From assembly GCA_951406725.2 (NCBI GenBank), contig OX597824.1:83762001-83826000 (forward strand): a stretch of DNA of 64,000 nt, written 5' to 3'. A program made the translations under genes and the position numbers. The stretch is from Octopus vulgaris. Lineage: Eukaryota. Shown one piece after another: positions 51,851 through 64,000 of the stretch (the first letter of the stretch is position 1; every line of letters begins with the position of its first letter). A model generated the notes under the pieces. That model was not told the origin of the DNA. It saw only the letters and a list, made by a program, of their open reading frames with translations, and made no database searches.

Positions 51851-52515
51851 ACTAGTTCTACGGTCAAAAGTCCAATTGCGACTATTTTAAATTCAGTAGT
51901 TGGATCCATTGTTTTGTCTTTGAAGATAAGCATTCAATTGTTCAATGAACTGAATTACTTGTTTGTTAAATGAACATGACAGTGACTGAATATTCCACAG
52001 ACATATGTACCCTTAATATAATTCTCAGGCTTCCACACAGTTTCCATCTACTCAGTTATAATTCACAAAGTTCAGGACAAACCTGAACTATGGTAAAGAT
52101 ATTTGCCCATGATGTCACTGAGAGCCCATTGTTATGAAGCAGAGCTTTTAACCACATGATCATTTTTGCCTAGGGCTCAGACTTAGAATATAAGGAACCA
52201 GCACAAATACTGAAAGATATATCATCTGACATTCTTACTGTTCCAATAATCCATCATCCCAGATTGGTGCTTTTTTTATTAATCCTGAAAAGATAAAGAG
52301 CAAAATTAACTTCAATAGGATTTGATCTGAGAGCACAGAGACTCAGAACAAATACACTACTTGGTATTTCTACCTGATGTTCTAATGACTCTGCCAATTT
52401 GCTGAATGCTTAAATCTTATCAAAACAGGTAAGGGCAACAACTCTGAATCTTCAATTTGAAATTAACATATTTAAAACTTAAATTTAATATTTTTTATTT
52501 TCTTTTGTTTTCTAG

Positions 52516-52590
52516 ATTGTGGGTACATGAAATAATGCGAGTGTTTTACGACAGATTAATTGATGACAGTGATCGAGAATGGCTTTTCAA
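52516..52590 (+). CDS. DNAH12: Dynein heavy chain exon 12; not in ORF track
   Basis: tctag|A TTG; (R)[24 protein letters not shown]; AA|gtaagt; conserved WxHExxRVFxDRL motif. Confidence 0.95.
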
Positions 52591-53159
52591 GTAAGTACAC
52601 TAATAAGATTAAAGCAATAGCAGATGGAGTGTTGCAAAAGTGCTATCTATTAGAAATAGCCATTCTGCAGAAGAAAAGGAGAAGCACTGGCATGACTGTG
52701 TTGTTGAGAAGTTTGCTTTTCAACCACATGATTTTGGGTTCAGTCCTACTGCACAGCACCTCGGGCGAGGTGTTTTCTATTATAGCCCCAGATCAGCCAA
52801 TGCCTTGCCTTGTGAGTGAATTTGGTCAGGAGAAACTGTGTCGAAGCCTGTAGTATATATGTGTGTCTTTGTGTCTGTGTTTGTCTCCCCTTGCCATTTG
52901 ACAGCCAGTGTTTGTTTGCTTATGTCTCCTTAACGTAGTGGTTTGGCAAAAGAGACTGATAAAATAGGTATCAAACTTAAAAAAATAAATACTGGGTCAA
53001 TTCGTTTGATTAAGACCCTTCAAGGGTGCACCCTGGCGTGGTCACAGTTCAATAAGGGAAACAAGTAAAAAAAAAATAAAAAATAAAAAGTGTTGTGGCT
53101 ACTCAGATGAGAGGGTAACAAACTACACCAGTATTGGTACAAAGTCAGTATTTTGTGAT

Positions 53160-54005
53160 CTGGCAAAGAAGTGTGTTGTGTCTATAGCAAAGATAATTAG
53201 CTATCAATGACCTAGTCCAGCTAGCATTTAAGTAGGAAGATACTGCTGTAAAGTATATCTTCCCTGAACTACGTCCATGACCAACACACCTATTTGCTAA
53301 CAGTGCAGCCTACCTAGCTGATATAGGTATGACTATATTTTATATAGTTGATTGTATTGAATTTATGACCCAGGCACTGAACCCTAAATAGGCTGATCTG
53401 TCTAGCTGTATAGGTATCATTTGCTTTTGTGTATCTATGAACAAAACACTTAACTGCCAACAGTTGAATTCATCTAGCTGTAACTAGGTAACATGATATA
53501 GTACAGTCATTGGACTGTGTCCATATCCTAGAGACTTAAGCGTCAACAGTCCAGTCTACCTAGCTATGAGTAGGTACCACAATGTGATATAGTTATTATA
53601 CTGTGCTCATGATCAAAATAATTAACTGTCAATAGTTCAGCCTACCTAACTGTAAGTAGGTACCACTATGTGGTATAGTTACTGTACTGTGCCGATGATC
53701 AAAATAATTAACTATCAATAGTTCAGTCTACAAAACTGTAAATAGGTACTACAATGTGGTAGGTACACAATAGTTATTGTGTTGTGTCCCTGTTGAAGAG
53801 AATTGAATGTAAACAGCTCAGTCTATCTAGCTGTAAGGAGATATCACATTGTAGTATAGTTCATTGTTCTTTGTCTGTGACCAAGACACTTCACTGTAAC
53901 CAATCCAGTCGATTTAGTTGTAAGTTGCTATCATAATGTTCACCATACTGTATCTGTTTGACTGTCTAAATCTCGGTCTATCTAGCTGTAAATTGGTACC
54001 ATAGA
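53160..54005. repeat. Degenerate 86-bp minisatellite, about 10 copies
   Basis: TAGGTA anchors at 53485, 53571, 53657, 53743 (86-bp period). Confidence 0.85.
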
Positions 54006-54994
54006 ACTGTAAGCCCTGTACTTATTCTGTTGAGGTCTTTTGCTGAACCGCTAAGTTACAGGGACATAAACACACAAACATCGGTTGTCAAGCAATGGTG
54101 GGGGGAAAAACACAGACACAAATACACAAATATATATATATATATATATATATATCTACGATAGGCTTCTTTCAGTTTATGTCTACCAAATCCACTCACA
54201 AGTCTTTGTTTGCCCCAGGGTTATAGTAGAAGATATTTACCCAAGGTGCCGTACAGTGGGACCATGTGGTTGGGAAGCAAGCTTCTTACCACATACCCAC
54301 AACTGTGCCTATACATGTATGTGTGTGTGTGTGTTTGTCTACCACCACTGCTTTATAACCTGTGTTAGTGTGTTTCTAACCCCGTAACTTAGCAATTTGG
54401 CAAAAGAAACTAATAGAGTAAGTACCAGGCTTAAAAGAAATTTTTTTAAAATAAGTCCTGGGATCAATACATTCAACTAAAATTTCAAGGTGGTGCCCCA
54501 GCATGGCCGCAGTCAAATGACTGGAACAAGTAAAAGGAGATTAATAGTCTTTAATGTGTTTTGGAATGACAAATATGCTTCTTCCACACTGTAATTATTT
54601 GTTGTTATTCTTGGTGTTTAACCGTTAGCCAGCCCAATTCATATTGATCTATGATCAAAGACACTCCACAAATGATCATCCCATCTTTCACTCAGACTAC
54701 ATTATCCTACGTCTTTCTAATTTTGTAAGACAAAAGACAAAATTAGATGGAGATTTCACTGCTATTTCTAGTGGGGTTATGCAGCCACATAGGGGTTTAC
54801 TTGCTGATTTAGTGTTGCTGTTTGTCTCTGTGTGTGATGACAATTGATGTCAGCTAATTATTAATGTCTAATTGATTTATCAATTCAACAAATCAGAAAC
54901 CAAGAACTGTAGGTGTCCAGTAGGCAACTTGCTGTGGTGCTGATTGACTTTCCAGCTTAATGGCTTTAACTATTTTTTTTTTCCTCCATTTTAG

Positions 54995-55073
54995 AATGTG
55001 CCAGAGATTAGTCAAAGAGACATTCAAGGAAAATTTTGATTTGGTATTTAATCACCTTACCACAGAAGACAAG
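54995..55073 (+). CDS. DNAH12: Dynein heavy chain exon 13; not in ORF track
   Basis: tttag|A ATG; (K)MCQRLVKETFKENFDLVFNHLTTEDK; AAG|gtaaaa; phases 2/0 fit neighbours. Confidence 0.88.
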
Positions 55074-55357
55074 GTAAAAACAAAAATGGTTATAGATCAC
55101 TCTCATACATTATTATCATCATTATGAAAGTCGTTGTCGTCATCGTCGTCATCATCATCATCATCGTCATTGTTATCATCATCACCAATGTCATTGTTAT
55201 CATCATCATCATTATCATCGTTATTATCGTCATCATCATCATCATTGTCATCACCATCATCATCATTGTCGTCATTGTTATCATCATCATCATTACCAAT
55301 GTTGTTCTTGTCATCATCATCATCATCCTTGTCATCATCATCATCATTATCATTGTT

Positions 55358-55388
<31 letters not shown>

Positions 55389-55761
55389 TTATCATTGTTA
55401 TTATCGTCATCATCATCATTATCATCATTTTTGTCGTCATCAGTACCAACTCCACTTCCACTATCATCATTTTTTAGAGTTCTTGTTGTTCTTGTTGTTG
55501 CTGCTGCTGTTGTTGTTGTTGTTCTTATTAAGAAGGTGGTGAGCTGGTAGAATCGTTAGCATGCTGGACGAAATGCTTAGCGGCATTTTCCCCATCACTG
55601 AGTTCAAATTCCGCCGGGACCAACTTTGTCTTTCATCCTTTCAGGGTCGATGAAATAAGTACTAGTGAAACACTGGGGTCAATGTGATTGACTAGTCCCC
55701 TCCCCCAATTTTCAGGCCCTCTGCTTAGAAGGATCATCATCATTGTCATCATCATCATCAT

Positions 55762-56410
55762 GTAGTCTTATTTTTATCGCATGCTTTCACTGCACTACCG
55801 AGTGCAGCTCTGTGTTTTGGGTATGTGCTCTGGTTTGTTGTGGTGTTATTTTCACTGTGTGAACTGGAGCAACGTGAAATAAAGTGTCTTGCTCAAGAAC
55901 ACAACACGCAGCTCGGTCTGGGATTCGAGCTCACAGCCTCACGATCGTAAGCTGTAGAAATGAGTTGCGACGTCACAGGTGCCAAGCTGTATCGGCCCTT
56001 GCCTTTCCCTTGGACAACATCAGTGACGTAGAGAGGAGAAGCCGGTATGCATGGGCGACTGCTGGTCTTCCATAAAAAAAAAAACAACCTTGCCCAGACT
56101 TGTGCCTCAGAGGGTAACTCTCTAGGTGCAAACCCATGGTCAGTGTCTGACCGAAGGGGGTCACTCACCTATTTTCACTGTATTGAAAGTGTTTTATGTA
56201 GAATGTGTGCAGTGCCTCGTAGTGCTTTTTTTTGTATGTTATATATACTTGTAAGTCCTGTTGTTATGTATTTGTCTGAATATTTTTTTATCATTCCTAA
56301 TGCACCTACAATGATAGGAATTGTTTCCGTTTTTGTGCTCCACATTCGAGTTACCTCTATTTACAGGTCTTTGTACTTTGAAAGCTTCTCTGTTTCTTTT
56401 AGAGAAACAT
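55762..56410 (-). mobile_element. RLE-type LINE 3' end, interrupted by a SINE
   Basis: SLKETEKLSKYKDL*IEVTRMWSTKTETIPIIVGALGMIKK..GTAHILHKTLSIQ. Confidence 0.8.
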
Positions 56411-56469
56411 TCTCCTCCTCCTTCTCTTTCTCCTCCACCTCCCCCTCCTCCTTCTCTTCCTCCTCCTCC

Positions 56470-56850
56470 TTCCTGGGTCTGGGGGAAGGAGTAATGTCCA
56501 AGGTCTTTACAAGTCCTCCTAGACTGATGTTGTAAATATTTTCCATGAACCATTCTGCTTCAGCACCTGTGCGAAAGATATGAACCGGGAAGAAATTCCT
56601 GAGAGCTGATGCTCTAAAGAAGGAAGGACTGGGTGTTGAGATTAGTGTGGATTTAAAAAGAAAGAGAGACGAGTAGGACAAGAATGCCTCCCTGAGTAGA
56701 AGTTGCATGAGCCTATCTAGTTCCGAAGAGTACAGATTGTCATGGAAGAGATAGAAAAGCAGATGGTTGAAGTAGTACAACTGTGGGCCAGAGGTTGGAG
56801 TGCGTCTGCCGGTGAATTTATGCCAATCTATTTTTTCGATGTGATACCTG
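56470..56850 (-). mobile_element. Decayed CR1/Jockey-group LINE 3' end
   Basis: LQPLAH, YSSELDRLM, SFFRASALRNFFPVHIF..WFMENI resemble C-terminal motifs of these LINE ORF2s; this explains ORF 56361-56855. Confidence 0.55.
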
Positions 56851-57902
56851 GACATACTTGGTCAACACAAAATATGTAGAATGTCCCCCACTATCACCCT
56901 TGACAACCGGTGTTGGCGTGTTTACATCACCGTAACTTAGCAGTCCGACAAATGAGATGGACAGAATAAGTATCGGGTTTTACAAGGAAAAAAAAAAATA
57001 CTGCAGCCGAGTCATTCAGCTAAAATCCTTCACGGCAACGCTCCAGCATGGCCACAGTCTGATAACTGAAACCAGTAAAACATAAAAGACATGATGATGC
57101 AGCTGCAGCTAGGGCTTAGCCAGAATAAAGTAAAGAACTTTTACTTGTTCTTTTACCTGTTTCAGTCAGTTGACCGTGGCCATGCTGGAGCACCGCCTTT
57201 AGTCAAGGAAATTAACCCCAGGACTTATTCTTTGTAAGACTAGTACTTATTCTATCATTCTCTTTTGCTGAACCACTAAGTTACATGGACGTAAACACAC
57301 CAGTATCAGTTGTCAAACGATGTTGGGGGGAACAAACACAGACACTCATACATATATATATGATGATGATCATCATCATCGTTTAACGTCCGCTTTCCAT
57401 GCTAGCATGGGTTGGACGGTTCAACTGGGGTCTGGCAAGCCCGAAGGCTGCACCAGGCCAGTCAGATCTGGCAGTGTTTCTACAGCTGGATGCCCTTCCT
57501 AACGCCAACCACTCCGAGAGTGTAGTGGGTGATTTTATGTGCCACCAACACAGGTGCCAGACGAGGCTGGCAGACGGCCACGCTCGGATGGTGTTTGTTA
57601 CGTGCCCACAGCACAGAGGCCAGTCGATGCGGTACTGGCTACGGTCCCGTTCGGATGGTTTTCTTATGTGCCACCGGCACTGGTACCACAAGGATACAAA
57701 TTCCATTGATGTTCATACATATATACAACGGGCTTCTTCCAGTTTCCATCTGCCAAATCCACTCACAAGGCATTGACTGACCTGAGGTTATAGTAGAAGA
57801 CATTTGCCCAAGGTGCCACAGTGGAACTGAACCTGGAACCATGTGGTTGGTAAGCAAGTTACTTATCACACAGCCACTCTTGCGCCTATCCACACAGCCA
57901 CT

Positions 57903-57962
<60 letters not shown>

Positions 57963-58542
57963 TAAGAATTACAATGAAGTAGTATTAGCATTACCTTAAA
58001 TTGACATTAATATATAAATACAGCCTCAAATAGACCTACATATGTTTCGACTGCATATGTATATACATATACATATATATACACACATGTATGTGTGTTT
58101 ATATATGTGTGTTTATATATGTGTGTGTATACTTCTTTGTTTCCATTTTATTTAGTTATTCCTTTATTAATATTCATTATCATCATCAACATTATCATTT
58201 TTGATGTTATTATTATTATTATCATTATCATCGATGTTCTTATTATTTGTCGTTATCATTTGTCATGGCACAATTCCACTTTAAGGCAACATGACGTTTT
58301 TTTTTTGCTTTTGTGTTTTTTTTTTGTTCTCTTACTAGTTCTATCATCTGTCAGCATTATCACTCTTTAATACTCTCAAATACCATCCAAGAAGCACCAA
58401 CCATCATCTCCAGAATGTGACATTCTTCAAAATGATCTTCAAAATGATTAACTTATCTTATTGTTTCGCTGTTCTGTTCTGTTTTCTTTCAAATCCAAAC
58501 ATACAACATCACTTCTTTCTCTGTTCCCTCTTCTCTCTCATG

Positions 58543-58624
<82 letters not shown>

Positions 58625-58657
58625 GTATTTATGTAAGTATGTATGTATGTATGTATG

Positions 58658-58702
<45 letters not shown>

Positions 58703-58745
58703 GTCTATCTATGTATTTATGTAAGTATGTATGTATGTATGTATG

Positions 58746-58803
<58 letters not shown>

Positions 58804-58938
58804 AATATCTATCTATCTATGTGTCTCTGTGTCTGTCTGTCTGTCCATCTGTGTGTGTATTTATCTACTTATGTATCAATATATCTAAGTATATTATATT
58901 TATATATTTGTATGTGCATGTGTATATGCATGTGTATG

Positions 58939-59015
<77 letters not shown>

Positions 59016-59092
59016 GTATGTATATGTGTATATATACACACATATACATATGTATATACATACACCATACACGCACACAAACACGCACACCA

Positions 59093-59131
<39 letters not shown>

Positions 59132-59875
59132 TCATTATCATCGTTTGTACATCAGCTTTATGTATATATTTTTTATTTGTGTCCATGTATGATATTAGTG
59201 ATGAGAATGAATATTTCACAGATATAATGAGAAGAATATTTCTTGATGCAAGAGTTTAGCAAAGGGCTCAGTGAAGTAGAAAGACTATAGCATTTCTGAA
59301 AGACAGTGTGAAGATATATATATATATATATATAAATATTTGAAGAAATATAGCAATACCAGCATATATAAAATCTGGTAATGCTCTCGTCCTGGTCACT
59401 TCATCACCTGTTGATGAGAGTAAGAGCAGTGTATGTATCATTTTATGTGCAGGTTTCCATTAGAAATGTGTAGTATGCATTCATGTCCAGGTAAAAGATA
59501 TATATATATACGAATATGCAGAGATGCACACTCATACATATGTACTAATATTCAAACACATACACACATATATGTGTGTACTTATATGTATGTATGTATA
59601 TGTATATATATGTATAGAGAGAGAGATAGAGGAAAAGCTGTACTTATACATATATGTATGTATATGTGTGTGTGCATATATATGTATACATACATATATA
59701 TATGTGTGTGTGTGTGTTATATATTATATTATATTATATATATATTGAATATGCATATGTTTATGCTTTTTGTTATATACATTTTTTTTATTCCTTTTCC
59801 ACATGTTATTCCATCCATTTAAGCTAAATATATATATATATATATGCATGTGCATACATATCCATACATACACAC

Positions 59876-59921
<46 letters not shown>

Positions 59922-59956
59922 ACACACACACACACACTCACACACACACACACACA

Positions 59957-59998
<42 letters not shown>

Positions 59999-60296
59999 CA
60001 CACACACACACACTCACACACACACTCACTCACACACACACACACACACACTTTCTTATGTGTGTGTCTGTGTGTGCGAGTGTCAACCGTAGCCTGCAGC
60101 CATTACAGACAGCAGCAAAAGCTCTCTTCTTTTGAAGAATACTTACATTATGTAAACGGTTTTTTTTCTTTCCTTCCCTTTTCTGCTGGCTGTCACAACC
60201 AGTTGAATCTCCGTAGAAAAGAATATTGCAATACTGGATACTGTAGACAAGTAGACAGAAGCAGCACTCTTATTATCGTTGTTATTGTTGCTATTA

Positions 60297-60667
60297 TCAT
60301 TACCTCCGCCTTAGTGAAGGTGGAGGTATTCTTTTCAGTTGCATTCGTCTGTTTGTTCGTCCGTGGACAAGATTTCACAAGAACCACTGGATGGATTTGG
60401 ATGTAACTTTCAGAGATGTTTGGCCTCGTGACTGGCACAAACTGATTAAATTTTGGGGTCAATCCGGTACCAGACAAGGATTCTGGATTTTTTTTCCTGT
60501 TTTTTTTACTTAATTTTTTGGGAGCGGTCAAGGTTCATTTTTAGTATTCTCATTCACGAGAGCAGTTGAGTTTATTTCAGATATGCTCATTTTAAAAATC
60601 CTCTCTGGCTAATCATTGAGAGGATGTTGGTGTTGCCTTGGCGGAGGTTTGCGCTCTCTGAGTGCTT
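60297..60667 (+). mobile_element. Helentron-associated non-autonomous element (HINE/DINE-1-like)
   Basis: 5' TACCTCCGCC with local inverted partner GGTGGAGGTA, GTYY microsatellite, 3' GGCGGAGGT then hairpin GCGCTC-TCT-GAGTGC and TT. Confidence 0.7.
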
Positions 60668-61624
60668 GTTGCTATTATTATTATTGTTGTTGTTGTTGTC
60701 ATTGCCGTCGTCGTTGTCTTCGCTATTCAATGCTCAATAGCAGAATATTGATTGAAAAATAAAATATAAAATTTATAAAAAAAAATTTTTTTAAACTTAT
60801 TCAGTGAGTCAAATGCACATTATTCATTTTTAGAACAGATATGTGTTCAATGTAAAAGAAGGGGACAAAAAGAGGGAAAAAAAAAACATCCATATTTTTT
60901 TTTTAGATAAAAAAATAAATATAATGTTATTTTTTTCCCCAACATGCTAAAATTTTCAAGTTAGCCATAATTTTGGTTGGTTTGTATATTTATATTCATT
61001 TTTGTAATCTAATGGGTTATATCATCATCAACATCATCACTGCGATCACAACCACTATCGTCATAATAATAATAATAATAATAATAATAATCATCATCAT
61101 CATCATCATCATTTAGCGTCCGTTTTCCATGCTAGCATGGGTTGGACGGTTCAACTGGGGTCTGTGAAGCTGGAAGGCTTCATCAGGCCCAGTCAGATCT
61201 GGCAGTGTTTCTACGGCTGGATGCCCTTCCTAACGCCAACCACTCCGTGAGTGTAGTGGGTGCTTTTTACGTGCCACCCACACAGGTGCCAGACAGAGCT
61301 GGCAAACGGCCACGAACGGATGGTGCTTTTACGTGTCACCGGCACGGGGGCCAGGCGAGGCTGGCAACGGACACGAACGGATGGTGCTTTTACATGCTAA
61401 TAATAATAATGATAATAACAATTCTTTCTACTAAAGGTGCAAGGCCTGAAGTTTTGGGGGAGGAGATAAGTTGTGGTACTTAATTTATCGACCCCAAAAG
61501 GATGAAAGGATGAATTTGAACTCAGAACATAAAGACGTACAAAATGCTGTGAAGCATTTTGCCCAGTGTGTTAACGATTCTGCTCGCTTGATGCCTTAAA
61601 TAATAATAACGATGATGATAACTA

Positions 61625-61830
61625 CCAACATGGCTCAAAAAGATTGGTACAAATGTAAAGATAGAACTCCTACAAAAATCAGCTTTGCTTGGAACTGTAA
61701 GAATTCTTTGTAAGGTTCATGAATAATGACCAGTAAACAAATGTCACCTTAGTCTGCTGGCTGTGGACAGCTGACACTTTTCATCATACTCAGCAAAATA
61801 AGCTGAGTGTTCCAATGAAGTACATTCACA
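61625..61830 (+). mobile_element. RLE-type LINE extreme 3' end (second family)
   Basis: WLKKIGTNVKIELLQKSALLGTVRILCKV. Confidence 0.6.
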
Positions 61831-62999
61831 TACCCCATTCTCAGCACTGCCATGCTAGTTGGAAAAAGAAAATGAGGAGGTTACTCACCTTGGTTTTCAA
61901 TAAGCCTGGAAGTTCCAGGCTTCTCTACAGGTGAAAATTTTTTCAAAAGGCCCTTCCAACAGCCTTTTATCAATAGGTTTTTTTTAAATCCCCACACTTC
62001 CTGGAAATTTTTCTATCATAGCTTTATAAACATCATCAGACATTCTAATTAAGAGTCTGTCCTTGGAGGTTTTGAGGACGAAATCCTCAAATTCCTTTCC
62101 TTCTGTCTCTATACTGATTTTATTTTGATTTACAAAATCCATCAATTCATTGTTGCTCTTGCTCACAACACAATGGATACATTTCATCTACAGTCTGATG
62201 AATATTTTTGAAGTTTTGTAATCAGTTGTTTCTCAGTTTCTTTTCCATGCTGTTGTTGATCTTGATTTTGCAGTTTTTGTTGGAATGGTTGTGAATTGTG
62301 TTGCCGTTGTGGTTTCAGAATAAGATTGTTGTAAGGCGGCGAGCTGGCAGAAATGTTAGCACGCTGGACGAAATGCTTAGCGGTATTTCGTCTGCTGTTA
62401 CGTTTTGAGTTCAAATTCCGCCAAGGTTGACTTTGCCTTTCATCCTTTCAAGGTCGATAAATTAAGTACCAGCTATGCACTGGGGGTCGATGTAATCGAC
62501 TTAATCCGTTTGTCTGTCCTTGTTTGTCCTCTCTGTGTTTAGCCCGTTGTGGGTAATAAAGAAATAGGTATTTTGTCTGCTGTTACATTCTGAGTTCAAA
62601 TTCTGCCAAGGTCGACTTTGCCTTTCATCCTTTCAGGGTCGATAAATTAAGTACCAGTTACGCACTGGGGTCGATGTAATCGACTTAATCCCTTTGTCTG
62701 TCCTTGTTTAGTCCCCTCTGTGTTTAGCCTCTTGTGGACAATAAAGAAATAAGAATAAGATTTTTGTTGATTTCTTGGGGTAGAGCTGTGTACTCTCCTC
62801 CACTTCCACCTACCCCCTTTTATCACTGTGATCCATTGATCATTCAGCTCTCCATGTCATTGCAGTTGGTTTGGGAGGAAGCTCATTCAGGAGAAACTTG
62901 CTTCCATGGCAACTACTACCAGCATCCCTGTCATTAGTGCCTTCTCCATCATCATTATTGTAAGAGACTGTTTATTAATGATTGATTGTTGTTATCCAG

Positions 63000-63178
63000 G
63001 TGTGTGAAGCAGACTTTCACAATCTGATGTTTGGGGACTACATGAACCCAGACGCCATGATAGACGAAAGAGTGTACACCGAAGTGAAGTCACTGGACGA
63101 TATGTATCACGTTGTCCATACATACATGGAAGAATACAACAATACCCACAAAACTTCAATGGATCTGGTCATATTTCG
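63000..63178 (+). CDS. DNAH12: Dynein heavy chain exon 14 (gene continues beyond window)
   Basis: ccag|GTG; VCEADFHNLMFGDYMNPD...RVYTEV...MEEYNNTHKTSMDLVIF; CG|gtaaga, phase 2. Confidence 0.94.
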
Positions 63179-63189
63179 GTAAGACACAC

Positions 63190-64000
63190 TACATAAGTAT
63201 ATATACACATGCAGACTATTGACACCATGTACATCATTCATCATCATTTAGTGTCTGCTTTCCATGGATTAGACATGCTACATGAATATATACACATGCA
63301 GACTATTGCCAACATGTACATCATTCATCATTATTTAGCATCTGCTTTCCATGGGTTAGATATGCTACATGAATATATACACATGCAGACTATTGCCAAC
63401 ATGCACATCATTCATCATCATTTGGTGTCTGCTTTCCATGGACTAGGTATACTACATGGATATATACACATGCAGACTATTGCCAATTTACACATCATTC
63501 ATCATTATTTAGTGTCTGCTTTCCATGGATTAGATATGCTACATGAATATATACACATGCAGGCTATTGCCAACATGCACATCATTCATCATCATTTGGT
63601 GTCTGCTTCCATGGATTAGACATGTTACATGAATATATACACATGTAGACTATTGACACCATGTACATCATTCATCATTTAGTGTCTGCTTTCCATGGGT
63701 TAGATATGCTACATGAATATATACACATGCAGACTATTGACACCATGCACATCATTCATCATCATTTAGTGTCTGCTTTCCATGGATTAGACATGCTACA
63801 TGAATATATACACATGCAGACTATTGACACCATGCACATCATTCATCATTTAGGGTCTGCTTTCCATGGATTAGACATGCTACATAAATATATACACATG
63901 CAGACTATTGCCAACATGTACATCATTCATCATCATTTAGTGTCTGCTTTCTATGGGTTAGACATGCTACATAAATATATACACATGTAGACTATTGACA
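63190..64000. repeat. 87-bp minisatellite, more than 9 copies, runs off the window
   Basis: ATGCAGACTATTG at 63209, 63296, 63383 and onward; some units are 84 bp. Confidence 0.95.

Noticed and set aside
56361-56855. 164-aa minus-strand ORF as a nested gene
   Set aside because: Chance fusion of a CR1-like remnant, a GA-rich tract and an RLE-LINE remnant.
59376-59411. Minus-strand hammerhead-like GGTGATGA..GAGA..TA
   Set aside because: Two core positions are broken and the stems are weak; cannot be distinguished from chance.
63209-63990. His-rich repeat protein ORFs
   Set aside because: Arise from an 87-bp intronic minisatellite with frameshift and stop variants; no splice or promoter support.

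Overview
Eukaryotic, AT-rich, microsatellite- and SINE-saturated genomic DNA; the repeat landscape looks like an octopus/coleoid cephalopod genome (inference). The window lies inside one large + strand gene: 14 GT-AG exons (10147-63178, 2318 nt, phases consistent at every junction) encode about 772 aa of an axonemal inner-arm dynein heavy chain, from the end of AAA1 to just before the AAA4 P-loop, most similar to DNAH12 as I recall it. Introns hold tRNA-headed SINEs, RTE, RLE-type (R4/Dong-like) and CR1-like LINE remnants, Penelope-like element (PLE) fragments, piggyBac/hAT/Helitron/Helentron non-autonomous elements, minisatellites and one 100-N gap. The main unannotated signal is a set of type I hammerhead ribozyme (HHR) motifs from several unrelated repeat families. 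Four have a canonical CUGANGA/GAAA/NUH core (7150+, 36413-, 39409-, 46476+). Three copies of a family have a non-canonical CUGUNGAA core (25434+, 48060+, 48287+, the last two in a 227-bp tandem, retrozyme-like), and several more are decayed. All structures were folded by eye and no activity has been shown. Repeat boundaries are approximate unless a TSD or TIR is quoted.
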